Source of the DNA: a virus
Length of the DNA: 64,000 bases
Strand: one strand, 5' to 3'
Virus record (IMG/VR): IMGVR_UViG_3300032240_002475
Span: 58,291-122,290 of that record
Each line of letters begins with the position of its first letter. Positions within the stretch are counted from its first letter, which is position 1. Position numbers and translations under genes: made by a program. The notes under the pieces are model-generated. The model searched no databases. It saw only the letters and a list, made by a program, of their open reading frames with translations, and was not told where the DNA came from. Shown in pieces: positions 40,124 through 49,908 of this stretch.

Positions 40124-41786
40124 TATAACTTTAGTAACAGGTATTTGGGATATTGGTAGAGGCTCATTAACCGAAGGGTGGAGTAGACCGTATCAACATT
40201 ATTTAGACAAATTTGAAAAATTATTGGAGGTTGAAGAGAACTTAATCATTTTTGGTGATGAAGAGTTGAAAGAATTTGTTTTTGAAAGAAGAAGTAGTGA
40301 AACTACGCAATTTATTGTAAGACCATTAGAATGGTTTACAAATTCGGAATTTTTTCCGATGATACAAAAAATTAGGACAAACGAAAATTGGTCTAATCAA
40401 GTTGGTTGGTTAAAAGAATCAACACAAGCCAGACTTGAAAATTATAACCCTTTGGTTATGTCTAAAGTTTTTTTATTACACGATGCTAAAATTATGGACC
40501 AATTTAATTCAGAATACATGTTTTGGATTGATGGAGGTTTAACCAACACAGTACACCCTGGTTATTTTACACACGATAAAGTGTTAAATAAATTATCAAA
40601 ATACATTTCCAAGTTTTCATTCATATGTTTTCCATATGATGCAGAAACAGAAATACACGGATTTGAATATAATCGTTTAAATTCAATTGCTGGTGACAAA
40701 GTTAAAAAAGTTGCACGAGGTGGTTTTTTTGGAGGCCCAAAACACACAATTGGTGATATTAATGGAATTTATTATGGTCTTCTAAAATCTACTTTAGAGG
40801 ATGGTTACATGGGTACTGAAGAATCTATATTCAGTATTATGTGTTATAAACATTCAGATTTGATAAATTATTTCGAGATTGAAGGTAATGGGTTAGTTGG
40901 TAAATTTTTTGAAGATTTGAAAAATGATGAACTTAAAGTTAAAAATGAAACATCTGTTAAACAATCTAACACTTTGGATACAAACAAAGTTGGATTATAT
41001 GTTATTACATTCAATAGTCCAAAACAATTTAGAACTCTTATTGATTCTATGTTGGCTTATGACAAGGACTACATTTTAAAAACAAATAAATTTTTATTAG
41101 ACAACTCAAGTGATTTATCTACAACAGAGGAGTATAAACAAATTTGTGAGGAGTTTGGCTTTGAACATATTAAGAAAGACAACTTAGGTATTTGTGGAGG
41201 TAGACAATGGATTGCCGAACACTTTGATACAACAGATTTAGATTATTATTTATTTTTTGAAGATGACATGTTCTTCTATCCCAATGAAGGAGTTTGTAGA
41301 AACGGATTTAATAGATATGTACCAAACTTGTATTCAAAATCTTTAGAAATAATTAAAAAAGAAAACTTTGATTTTTTAAAGATGAACTACTCCGAATTCT
41401 ATGGAGACAATGGAACTCAATGGTCTTGGTATAATGTACCCCAACATGTCAGAGAACAATATTGGCCAGGTAAACAAAGATTACCCGAAATGGGATTAGA
41501 CCCTAATGCGCCTAAAACGGTATATAGTGCTGTATTATCACACAAAGGAATACCATATGCTGTTGGTGAAGTCTATTATTGTAATTGGCCTCAGATTGTT
41601 AGTAGAGTGGGAAATAAAAAAATGTTTTTAGATACAACATGGGCACACCCGTTTGAACAAACATGGATGAGTCATATGTACCAACTCGTTAAAAAAGATG
41701 AATTATACCCTGGTTTATTATTATTAACGCCAACTGAACACGATAGATTCGAACATTATAGTAGAGACCTACGCAAAGAGTCATAA
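40116..41786 (+). CDS. HtrL/YibB-like domain fused to a GT-A domain
   Basis: TLVTGIWDIGR, MSKVFLL, FWIDGG, GGFFGG, GTEE; C-half FLLDNSSD and LFFEDDM. Confidence 0.65.
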   Translation: MSNITLVTGIWDIGRGSLTEGWSRPYQHYLDKFEKLLEVEENLIIFGDEELKEFVFERRSSETTQFIVRPLEWFTNSEFFPMIQKIRTNENWSNQVGWLKESTQARLENYNPLVMSKVFLLHDAKIMDQFNSEYMFWIDGGLTNTVHPGYFTHDKVLNKLSKYISKFSFICFPYDAETEIHGFEYNRLNSIAGDKVKKVARGGFFGGPKHTIGDINGIYYGLLKSTLEDGYMGTEESIFSIMCYKHSDLINYFEIEGNGLVGKFFEDLKNDELKVKNETSVKQSNTLDTNKVGLYVITFNSPKQFRTLIDSMLAYDKDYILKTNKFLLDNSSDLSTTEEYKQICEEFGFEHIKKDNLGICGGRQWIAEHFDTTDLDYYLFFEDDMFFYPNEGVCRNGFNRYVPNLYSKSLEIIKKENFDFLKMNYSEFYGDNGTQWSWYNVPQHVREQYWPGKQRLPEMGLDPNAPKTVYSAVLSHKGIPYAVGEVYYCNWPQIVSRVGNKKMFLDTTWAHPFEQTWMSHMYQLVKKDELYPGLLLLTPTEHDRFEHYSRDLRKES

Positions 41787-41802
41787 CAATATATTTATTG
41801 TT

Positions 41803-42180
41803 ATGGAATTTTTCATCAAACAAAACGCAACCTTACCTGTATTAAAAATGCAGGTGGTTAAAGACGGTAGGGCGGGTTATTTAGAACTAATGCAGGACTT
41901 AGAAGTTTCTACAATATTTTTCACAATGATTGATGTTGAAACTGGAATTCCTAAAATAGTTTCAGCCCCTTGCGAAATTGTAAACTTAATATTACCATTA
42001 GGGGCAACACCTGAGTATTATATCTATTTCAAGTTTAGTTCAAGAGATACAAATACTCCTGGTAGATATACAGGTCAATTTTTAATTAAGAATGATGAAG
42101 GAAATCTTATTTTACCAATCAGAGAGGAATTATACATTAATATCCAACCAAGTTTTATTTCTGAAACTGCTTGTTGCTAA
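41803..42180 (+). CDS. Small beta-sandwich structural protein (BppU N-domain-like)
   Basis: FFIKQNATLPVLKMQV...DTNTPGRYTGQF; TATTTAT 4 nt upstream. Confidence 0.5.
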   Translation: MEFFIKQNATLPVLKMQVVKDGRAGYLELMQDLEVSTIFFTMIDVETGIPKIVSAPCEIVNLILPLGATPEYYIYFKFSSRDTNTPGRYTGQFLIKNDEGNLILPIREELYINIQPSFISETACC

Positions 42181-42212
42181 TTGACATAGACTTACAATTT
42201 TTTTATATTTAT
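42181..42212 (+). promoter_or_regulatory. Promoter of the DNA polymerase gene
   Basis: TTGACA(42181-86), 17 nt, TATATT(42204-09), overlapping TATTTAT(42206-12). Confidence 0.55.
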
Positions 42213-42260
42213 TAGAGAAGGTAAATTTCACATGGTGTGAAAGCTAATAGACCACTCTAA
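42212..42260 (+). promoter_or_regulatory. Structured 5' leader (putative translational operator) of polB
   Basis: Nested stems TTAGAG/CTCTAA, GGT/ACC and TTTCACA/TGTGAAA ending 10 nt before the ATG. Confidence 0.5.
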
Positions 42261-42270
42261 AATATATAAT

Positions 42271-45060
42271 ATGATTTCCAACGAAGAAATAGAATCGTTC
42301 CTACACGGAAACGACCCCGAAGAATTTATAGTCGCAATCGAGTTCGACTACGCATCCAATTCAATTTACAAAATTAAAGAAATACCAGGTAAAGGAAAAG
42401 AAATCCGAAAGGATACATTCATTCCGTTTGCTTGGGTTGGTGATTTACGTAACTTAAACTTTTATGGTGGTTCCAAAGGTGCTCAAAAAGAAGCGATGAC
42501 CAAGTACGGAATCATGATTGATAAACTTGAAACACAAGATAATGAAAGACTTAAGAATGGTTTGACCTTTATGGTTAAATCTCTTAAGGGTTATAGAGAA
42601 CTTATTCAGTTTTTTAGAGATGGTGGATGTGACCCGTGGGGAGATAAAGCCAAAGAAAAGATAATGATTCTACCTCCTGTAGAACAATACCTTATTTCCA
42701 AAGAAAAAAGATTATTCAAAGGATTTGAAGAATACGAGCAAGTCACAAGACTTGTATTCGACTTAGAGACGACTGCTCTTGAACCTAAGGACGGTCGTAT
42801 ATTCATGATTGGAATTAAAACCAATAAAGGGTACCATAAAGTAATTGAATGTATTGACGAGTCTCAAGAGAAGACTGCAATCATTGAGTTCTTTAACGTT
42901 ATAGATGAAATCAAACCAAGTATTATTGGTGGTTATAACTCAGCAAACTTCGACTGGCATTGGATATTTGAAAGATGTAGAATCTTAGGTGTTGACCCAA
43001 GAAAAGTTTGTCGTTCATTACACCCCCAACATTCATTTACAAGAAAGGACAGTATGTTAAAACTTGCGAATGAGGTAGAAGAATATGTTCAGACATCTAT
43101 TTGGGGTTATAACGTAATCGATATTATTCATGCGGTTCGTAGAGCTCAGGCGATTAACTCAAGTATTAAAGCCGCGGGTTTGAAATACATTACTAAATTT
43201 ATTAATGCTGAAGCACCTGACCGTGTGTATATTGAACACGAAAGTATCGGTAAGATGTATACCAACAAAGAAGAGTATTGGTTAAATGTTCAGAATGGTA
43301 AGTATAAGAAAGCGACGGAGTACCAAGACTTAGATGTTAAGTTTCCTGATGTTTATATTAAAACAACAGGTGACAACATTGTTGAGAGATATTTGGATGA
43401 TGACTTGGACGAAACATTAAAGGTAGACACCGAGTTCAACCAAGGTTCATTCCTACTTGCGGCAATGATTCCAACAACTTATGAGAGAGTATCTACTATG
43501 GGTACTGCAACTTTATGGAAGATGTTGATGTTAGCTTGGTCATACAAACACGGATTAGCAATACCTGCCAAACAATCAAAGACAGACTTCGTAGGGGGTC
43601 TTTCTCGACTACTTAAAGTTGGTTATAGTAAGAACGTACTGAAGCTTGACTTCTCGTCTCTATACCCCTCTATTCAGTTAGTACACGATGTTTTCCCCGA
43701 GTGTGATGTGACAGGTGCGATGAAAGGAATGTTAAAGTATTTCCGTGATACTCGTATCAAATACAAAGAACTTGCAGAACAATACTATGTTAGTGACCCT
43801 AAGAAGTCAGCGACATATGGTAACAAACAATTACCGATTAAAATTTTTATTAACTCGATGTTCGGTGCGTTGTCTGCTCCTCAGGTTTATGCTTGGGGTG
43901 ACATGTATATGGGAGAACAAATCACTTGTACAGGCAGACAATATCTTCGTCAGATGATTAAGTTCTTTATGACTAAAGGTTATGTTCCATTGGTAATGGA
44001 TACGGACGGTGTGAACTTCTCAACTCCTGATGATGCTAAAGAAAGGGTTTATGTTGGTCGTGGGTTAAATTGGAAAGTTAAGGAAGGTAAAGAGTATTAT
44101 GGACCTGAAGCTGATGTTGCAGAATACAATGATATATTCATGAGAGGTGAGATGGCTTTAGATACAGATGGTGTGTGGCCATCATGTATTAATCTTGCCA
44201 GAAAAAATTACGCTGTTATGGATGCCAAAGGAAAGATAAAGTTGACTGGCAATTCTATTAAGTCAAAGAAACTTCCATTGTATATCGAGGAGTTTTTGGA
44301 TAAGGGTATTAAGATGTTATTAGAAGGAGATGGTAAGGCGTTTGTTGAATACTATTATGAATACTTACAAAAAATATTTGATAAGAAAATTGCTTTAAGT
44401 AAAATTGCCCAAAGAGCTAAAGTTAAATTGACTCTTGATGAATATAAGAAAAGATTAACCACTAAGACCAAGGCTGGTAATTCTATGTCTCGTATGGCTC
44501 ATATGGAGTTGGCCATACAAGATGGGTTGGGTGTTAACTTGGGTGATGTTATTTTATATGTTAATAATGGAACAAAAGCCTCACAAGGTGATGTTCAGAA
44601 AATGACGGCAAAGCAAATTAAAGATACTAACGCTTTAAATTTATTTAACAATCCTAAAGCAAAACCAATTACGGATGGAGTAATGGTAAACTGTTACATG
44701 TTAGATAAAGATATTTTGGATAAAGACCCTAATTTAACAGGGGATTATAATGTTCCACGAGCAATTGCGACATTCAATAAAAGAATTGAGCCGTTAATGG
44801 TTGTGTTCCAAGATGAAGTTAGAAATGGTTTGATTGTTCCCGACCCTGAACAAAGAGGTATTTTTACAACCGCACAATGCGAATTAATTAATGGACATCC
44901 ATTAGGTGAAGGTGACCAAGATGATTTAGATAAAGACGTGTTGGATATAACCGAACAAGAATTAAGCTATTGGGAAAAAAGAGGATTAAATCCTTTTTAT
45001 ATGTATCATTTAGCTGAAGAAGGTTGGCAAGAAAAATTAAGAACCCTTCAAACCGTCTGA
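42271..45060 (+). CDS. polB: Family B DNA polymerase
   Basis: Exonuclease FDLETT and GYNSANFD; polymerase LDFSSLYPS, KIFINSMFG, MDTDG, KNYA. Confidence 0.95.
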   Translation: MISNEEIESFLHGNDPEEFIVAIEFDYASNSIYKIKEIPGKGKEIRKDTFIPFAWVGDLRNLNFYGGSKGAQKEAMTKYGIMIDKLETQDNERLKNGLTFMVKSLKGYRELIQFFRDGGCDPWGDKAKEKIMILPPVEQYLISKEKRLFKGFEEYEQVTRLVFDLETTALEPKDGRIFMIGIKTNKGYHKVIECIDESQEKTAIIEFFNVIDEIKPSIIGGYNSANFDWHWIFERCRILGVDPRKVCRSLHPQHSFTRKDSMLKLANEVEEYVQTSIWGYNVIDIIHAVRRAQAINSSIKAAGLKYITKFINAEAPDRVYIEHESIGKMYTNKEEYWLNVQNGKYKKATEYQDLDVKFPDVYIKTTGDNIVERYLDDDLDETLKVDTEFNQGSFLLAAMIPTTYERVSTMGTATLWKMLMLAWSYKHGLAIPAKQSKTDFVGGLSRLLKVGYSKNVLKLDFSSLYPSIQLVHDVFPECDVTGAMKGMLKYFRDTRIKYKELAEQYYVSDPKKSATYGNKQLPIKIFINSMFGALSAPQVYAWGDMYMGEQITCTGRQYLRQMIKFFMTKGYVPLVMDTDGVNFSTPDDAKERVYVGRGLNWKVKEGKEYYGPEADVAEYNDIFMRGEMALDTDGVWPSCINLARKNYAVMDAKGKIKLTGNSIKSKKLPLYIEEFLDKGIKMLLEGDGKAFVEYYYEYLQKIFDKKIALSKIAQRAKVKLTLDEYKKRLTTKTKAGNSMSRMAHMELAIQDGLGVNLGDVILYVNNGTKASQGDVQKMTAKQIKDTNALNLFNNPKAKPITDGVMVNCYMLDKDILDKDPNLTGDYNVPRAIATFNKRIEPLMVVFQDEVRNGLIVPDPEQRGIFTTAQCELINGHPLGEGDQDDLDKDVLDITEQELSYWEKRGLNPFYMYHLAEEGWQEKLRTLQTV

Positions 45061-45372
45061 TGACAAGATATACCAATTTCCATTAACAAATCTAAATTCG
45101 ATACAAGCATATCTATCGGCAACAATTTCATCATAATCCTCATCAATCTTACCTACATCAGGTTTGATTGTGAGGCTTGTCATGGATTTTACAACAACAT
45201 GGTCAGTTGTTTTTGAATCTAATATAATAACAGATTGTGCTATTCCTCTAACAATAATACAATCTTCTCCATTAGTTCTATAATCCAATTCTGATACAAC
45301 AGAAATTTCTGATGTGTTAATGATTTCACCGTGTATTAACCTTTTTGAAGGTACTGTTTTTACTATTGCCAT
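45037..45372 (-). CDS. Small hypothetical beta-rich protein
   Basis: 111 aa, downstream of the neck gene. Confidence 0.65.
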   Translation of the reverse strand: MAIVKTVPSKRLIHGEIINTSEISVVSELDYRTNGEDCIIVRGIAQSVIILDSKTTDHVVVKSMTSLTIKPDVGKIDEDYDEIVADRYACIEFRFVNGNWYILSSDGLKGS

Positions 45373-45376
45373 AAAA

Positions 45377-46501
45377 TTAAATTACATATATTTGACGAGG
45401 CATTGCTCTAAACTTCATTTGTTTGTTTAAGTTTTCAGCAATTAGTGCCTCCCTTTCCATCACTTTATCTGGTCTCATTCTTGTTAACCAACCTTCAGCA
45501 CCTGTGAGTTCATCAATAAGTTTAGATTTTTCATCTTTAGCTTCAGTAAGTAAACTCTGATAATCCATCACAATTTCAGAATCAGGTGTTTTTAAATTAC
45601 CGCTATACTTACCTCTAACTCTCGCTAAAGTTTCTTTACAATAGGCTGTGAACCATCTTCTTACCCATTGTTGACCAGGAACATTTAAATCAGTCCAAGT
45701 TAATTCTTCAATAGGAACATCTGTAGGTAATTTGATAATGTCAGGATTATTTTTGAGACAATCCGCTCTACTATCTGGCTCAACATCATAATACCAATAC
45801 CATACCGCTTTACCTACGTATTGGCTATAACTAGACCAATTAAATTTACCACCTGGTGTATTATACAAGTGAATTGCCTTTTTACCGTCAGGTAAACCTG
45901 TTATTCTATATGTTAATGAACCACCTAAAATTCTATTCAGAATGTTTGCTTCTTGCATTCTAATCAGGTAATCAAAACCTGACATCATAAAATAAGACCC
46001 TTGGTAACCCATCTGAGCAAATCCAGGTTGGTCGGCACCTAATCCAACTCCACCATAACCACCACCCATACCACCTAATCCAAAAGCAGTCCATGGTTGG
46101 TCACTGAACCATAATAATTCATTAACCTCACGTCCTGCAGGAATTTCATAAGTTTGTTGGTTTTTTTCAAGTATGAAATAATCTTTCTTTAATACCCAAG
46201 GACCCTCAGTTTGAAGACCTACAATTTTAGAATATGAATAACTAAATTGTTGCTCAAAATCCATTGTTCTTGTAACAAGGGCTCTAGCAACAGACCTTTC
46301 GTTCATGTTTAGATTCACAAGGTTTACCCATTGCGAATCAATTAGCCATTGGAGGATATATTCTTCATAATCCCCAAGTGCTAACTCCATTAATGAGTCT
46401 AACATCTCATCTTCAAGTTCAACACTTCTTAGTGGTGCACCTAACTGATGTTTAATTCTCGTGTATATCTTACTTCTTTCTGGTTCTGGTATTACTGCCA
46501 T
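45377..46501 (-). CDS. Neck or head-tail adaptor protein (T4 gp13-like)
   Basis: IKHQLGAPLRSVELED and WVRRWFTAYCKETLARVRGKY...LLTEAKDEK. Confidence 0.75.
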   Translation of the reverse strand: MAVIPEPERSKIYTRIKHQLGAPLRSVELEDEMLDSLMELALGDYEEYILQWLIDSQWVNLVNLNMNERSVARALVTRTMDFEQQFSYSYSKIVGLQTEGPWVLKKDYFILEKNQQTYEIPAGREVNELLWFSDQPWTAFGLGGMGGGYGGVGLGADQPGFAQMGYQGSYFMMSGFDYLIRMQEANILNRILGGSLTYRITGLPDGKKAIHLYNTPGGKFNWSSYSQYVGKAVWYWYYDVEPDSRADCLKNNPDIIKLPTDVPIEELTWTDLNVPGQQWVRRWFTAYCKETLARVRGKYSGNLKTPDSEIVMDYQSLLTEAKDEKSKLIDELTGAEGWLTRMRPDKVMEREALIAENLNKQMKFRAMPRQIYVI

Positions 46502-46519
46502 ATCAAATAAATATCTTTA

Positions 46520-48058
46520 TTATTCTATTTCGTGAATTAATGAATCTATATTAAACACATATTGGTTGTGATTTTTGATAGGTTCATTTTTAAATATTAG
46601 AATACTATTATTTTTAGGGTTAATAAAAATTAACCAATCAACATTATATGGTTTAACATTTCCCGTATTTGATAAAGAAATTTTATTTTTTTCTGTCTTA
46701 GTTGATGAGTAAGGTTTTACTTGTGCGGTATAGTTTTGACCATTTAAATTAACAATTAAATCAATTCCTTTAAGTGCATCTTGTTTTTGACCGTGACCTC
46801 CAATTTTTTCTATTTTGGCATCACCCTCAAAATAATCTTCAATTTTCTTAAGTGCACTGTCCTCAGATTTTTGGCCTCTATCCCAAAGTTTTTTTAATAC
46901 TTTGATTATGTTAATAAACTCTTCGTTATTTTTTGTGAATATTTCTTTTTTGAAATGACTTAGTGTTTTAATCAATCTTACAACTTCAGAAGAAGTTCTG
47001 TTTTCTTTTTTTGAAAAATCAAATTTCTTTTCAGGTTTACCAATCTTTTCTATTTGAGTGTTTACCGCTTTTGTTAAAAGACAAAATGCATTGAAGTTGG
47101 TGTTTAAATTATTTAAGATTGACCTCCCTTCTTTTGATTCAAGTCCGTAGAATCCTGACATTTCTTTGTTTGTACTTTCAACCCAAAATTGGTTGAATAC
47201 ATCTTTTAAGACATCGGTTACTCCGTCTTGATAAAGTCTTTTTATTTTTGAATTATTAATTAATTCTTTATAAAATAAAACTTCTTTTGAATCACAGAAC
47301 GCAGCGTCTTTAGATTCCGTTAAAAGTTTTTCTAATTTGATAGACTCTGTAAGTTTTGTTTGAGTCCTCATTTCATACATCTTTGAAACAAAATCCCAAT
47401 TTACAACTTTCCAAAAGTTTAAAATGTATTCATCTCTTTTGTTTCTATATTTTAAGTAATATGCATGTTCCCACAAATCTAAACCTAAAAGTGGAAACCC
47501 ACCACCTTCAATAACATTCATTAAAGGATTGTCTTGATTTGGAGTAGACATAATCTTTAATGTGTTCTTAGCTGTTAGGATTAACCAAACCCAACCTGAA
47601 CCGAATCTATCTTTGGCAATATTATCGAATTGTTTTTTGAAAGCGGTAAGACTTCCGTATTGTTTTGTAATTTTCTTGTAAAGTTCTCCTTCTAATTTTT
47701 TAGGTTTTGGAGTTAACATGTTCCAAAACAATGCGTGGTTGAATGCTCCACCTGCGTTGTTTCTGATTGTTTTGTCGTAACGACTTATGTTCTTAATGAT
47801 TTGTTCTAAATCTAAATCTCCGTGTTTTTTCTTTGATAAAGCATCATTAAGTTTATCCACGTACCCTTTATAATGTTTGTTATAGTGAAAGTTCATTGTC
47901 TCTGGGTCGATGAACTGTTTAAGGGCTGAGTAAGAATAGGGTAATTTTTCTATTCCTATTTTTTTCATTTCGGTAATCAACAACTCTTTTTCTTTGGTAA
48001 CGTGGTTTTCAAGTATTTGTGTTTCGAGTTGTTGGATTTTCTCTTCTATTTTTTTCAT
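46520..48058 (-). CDS. sod: Fe/Mn superoxide dismutase fused to a C-terminal PD-(D/E)xK-like domain
   Basis: LPYSYSAL, FHYNKHYKGY, NHALFW, FGSGWVWL, NQD, DLWEHAYY; C-terminal GIDLIV...TAQVKP. Confidence 0.85.
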   Translation of the reverse strand: MKKIEEKIQQLETQILENHVTKEKELLITEMKKIGIEKLPYSYSALKQFIDPETMNFHYNKHYKGYVDKLNDALSKKKHGDLDLEQIIKNISRYDKTIRNNAGGAFNHALFWNMLTPKPKKLEGELYKKITKQYGSLTAFKKQFDNIAKDRFGSGWVWLILTAKNTLKIMSTPNQDNPLMNVIEGGGFPLLGLDLWEHAYYLKYRNKRDEYILNFWKVVNWDFVSKMYEMRTQTKLTESIKLEKLLTESKDAAFCDSKEVLFYKELINNSKIKRLYQDGVTDVLKDVFNQFWVESTNKEMSGFYGLESKEGRSILNNLNTNFNAFCLLTKAVNTQIEKIGKPEKKFDFSKKENRTSSEVVRLIKTLSHFKKEIFTKNNEEFINIIKVLKKLWDRGQKSEDSALKKIEDYFEGDAKIEKIGGHGQKQDALKGIDLIVNLNGQNYTAQVKPYSSTKTEKNKISLSNTGNVKPYNVDWLIFINPKNNSILIFKNEPIKNHNQYVFNIDSLIHEIE

Positions 48059-48100
48059 ATTTTTGGATTATCCATTTCTTATAAATAATCCAGATTTTAT

Positions 48101-49852
48101 TTAACGACGCATTTCATTAATTCTCTTCAAAATTTCTTCCGCAGCGTCTGTCGTGTTTTGATTGTCCCCCATCACCGTGGCAATCACTTGTTTTTTATTA
48201 TTTAATATGTCGTAGATAATTCCTTCGATTGTGTTTTCGAATATGGGGTAGTAAACTAATACATTATTTTTTTGACCGTATCTATAAGCTCGGTCTTCTG
48301 CTTGGGCGTGGTCTGATGGTAAGAATGATAAATCGTTCATAATGACTGCCTCAGCTGCGGTCAGAGTTAAACCAACACCTGCAGCTTTAATATTACCAAC
48401 AAATACTTTTATCTTATCACTTTCTTGGAATGAGTCCACACTATTTTGTCTTTCAGGTTTGGACATTGACCCGTCAACTTTTACGGCAGCCTTTCCAAAG
48501 TGTTCAACTATTTTATTCAACGAGTCTGTGAAGTTACAGAATATGATTACCTTTTTGTTTTGCTCAATAATATTTTCTGCCAATTCAATTGTTTGGGCAA
48601 TTTTTTCATCTGCAATAATTTGTCTTACCTTTGTTAGTTTGGTAAACTGAACGGTCAATGATTTTGATTCTTCAGGGTTACCTTCATACCAGTTGTAGTA
48701 ATCACCCATAACCTCTTCATATAATTTTGATTTAAGACGAAGATATACTGGTGTAATAATTTTATCAGGTAAGTCCAAAACATCTTCTTTTAATCTTCTA
48801 AGAGTTAAACCTAATGTTCTGTCCCTTAATTCTTCAAGGTTTGATGCTCCCATCACATTCCAAACCTTTCTACCACCAACATTGAATTGGTACCCCTGAC
48901 AATATCTGATTGCATATGCCATCCAGTTTTTTGCAACAGGAGAATCAATTAGACTTAATAAGTTGAAATAGTCAATTGGTCTTGAGGTCATTGGTGTACC
49001 AGTCAATAACCAAATTCGGTCAACCTTCTTAACAATGTCATTGATTAATTTTGTTCTTTGGGCTGTTGCGTTTTTGATGTAGTGTGCCTCATCAACGACC
49101 ACCAAATCAAAATTGGCGTCAAGAATCTGCGATTCAGCTTTTTTCTTAGTGTCATGGAAATTCTTTATAATATCATAGTTTATAATAACAAAGTCGTGTT
49201 CCGTACTAAAGTTCTTACCCTCAGCAATGTAGACTGACTTGTCTGAATAATTTTCAATCTCTCTTTTCCAGTTAATTTTTAATGTTGCTGGACAAATGAT
49301 TAAAACTTTTTTAGCTTTAGATTCTAATGCCGCGATGATAGTTGAAGTAGTCTTACCAAGACCCATATCATCAGCCAAGATAAACTTTTTGTTCTCCACC
49401 AATTTTTGGATTGCTTCTTTCTGATGTGAGAGTGGGGGTCTATGAGAATATTTTTCATAATCAATTACAACATCTTTAACGGTATTGTCTTTTATAATTG
49501 CGGCTTTGGGTAGCCAAAAATCGTGGAATTGTTCTGTTTCAAATACTTTACCCCAAATGTGGAACGCCTTTTCTTTTTCCGCCAATAACTTTTCGACCCA
49601 AACTTTTTCAGGTACTTCAGTATATAATTTATCGTCCGCAAGTTTCTGTGCAAAGTATGCATCAAGAATAACCCACTTCTTTGCGACCTTGGGTTGTTTA
49701 TCGTGATTGTTAATAATATATTCGGCCTGACTCCTTGTAGGATAGAATTTTCTATTTATTTGAGACTTTCTTTTTAGTTCAAGTAGATAGTTGTTCCCAC
49801 CTTCATAGGTTTCCAACAAGGTCATTGCTTTTGATTCCAAACTTACATCCAT
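48101..49852 (-). CDS. SNF2-family helicase (SMARCAL1/HARP-like)
   Basis: LADDMGLGKT, DEAH, LTGTP, GVGLTLTAA, QAEDRAYRYGQ. Confidence 0.9.
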   Translation of the reverse strand: MDVSLESKAMTLLETYEGGNNYLLELKRKSQINRKFYPTRSQAEYIINNHDKQPKVAKKWVILDAYFAQKLADDKLYTEVPEKVWVEKLLAEKEKAFHIWGKVFETEQFHDFWLPKAAIIKDNTVKDVVIDYEKYSHRPPLSHQKEAIQKLVENKKFILADDMGLGKTTSTIIAALESKAKKVLIICPATLKINWKREIENYSDKSVYIAEGKNFSTEHDFVIINYDIIKNFHDTKKKAESQILDANFDLVVVDEAHYIKNATAQRTKLINDIVKKVDRIWLLTGTPMTSRPIDYFNLLSLIDSPVAKNWMAYAIRYCQGYQFNVGGRKVWNVMGASNLEELRDRTLGLTLRRLKEDVLDLPDKIITPVYLRLKSKLYEEVMGDYYNWYEGNPEESKSLTVQFTKLTKVRQIIADEKIAQTIELAENIIEQNKKVIIFCNFTDSLNKIVEHFGKAAVKVDGSMSKPERQNSVDSFQESDKIKVFVGNIKAAGVGLTLTAAEAVIMNDLSFLPSDHAQAEDRAYRYGQKNNVLVYYPIFENTIEGIIYDILNNKKQVIATVMGDNQNTTDAAEEILKRINEMRR

Positions 49853-49908
49853 CTGTAGGAAAAAATATTTGAGTTAAATATAGTTATGTTTTGAGTATTT
49901 ATCAATAT

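Noticed and set aside
42271-45060. Intein or intron in the DNA polymerase
   Set aside because: The ORF is continuous with ordered motifs, and I saw no intein splice or homing endonuclease motifs
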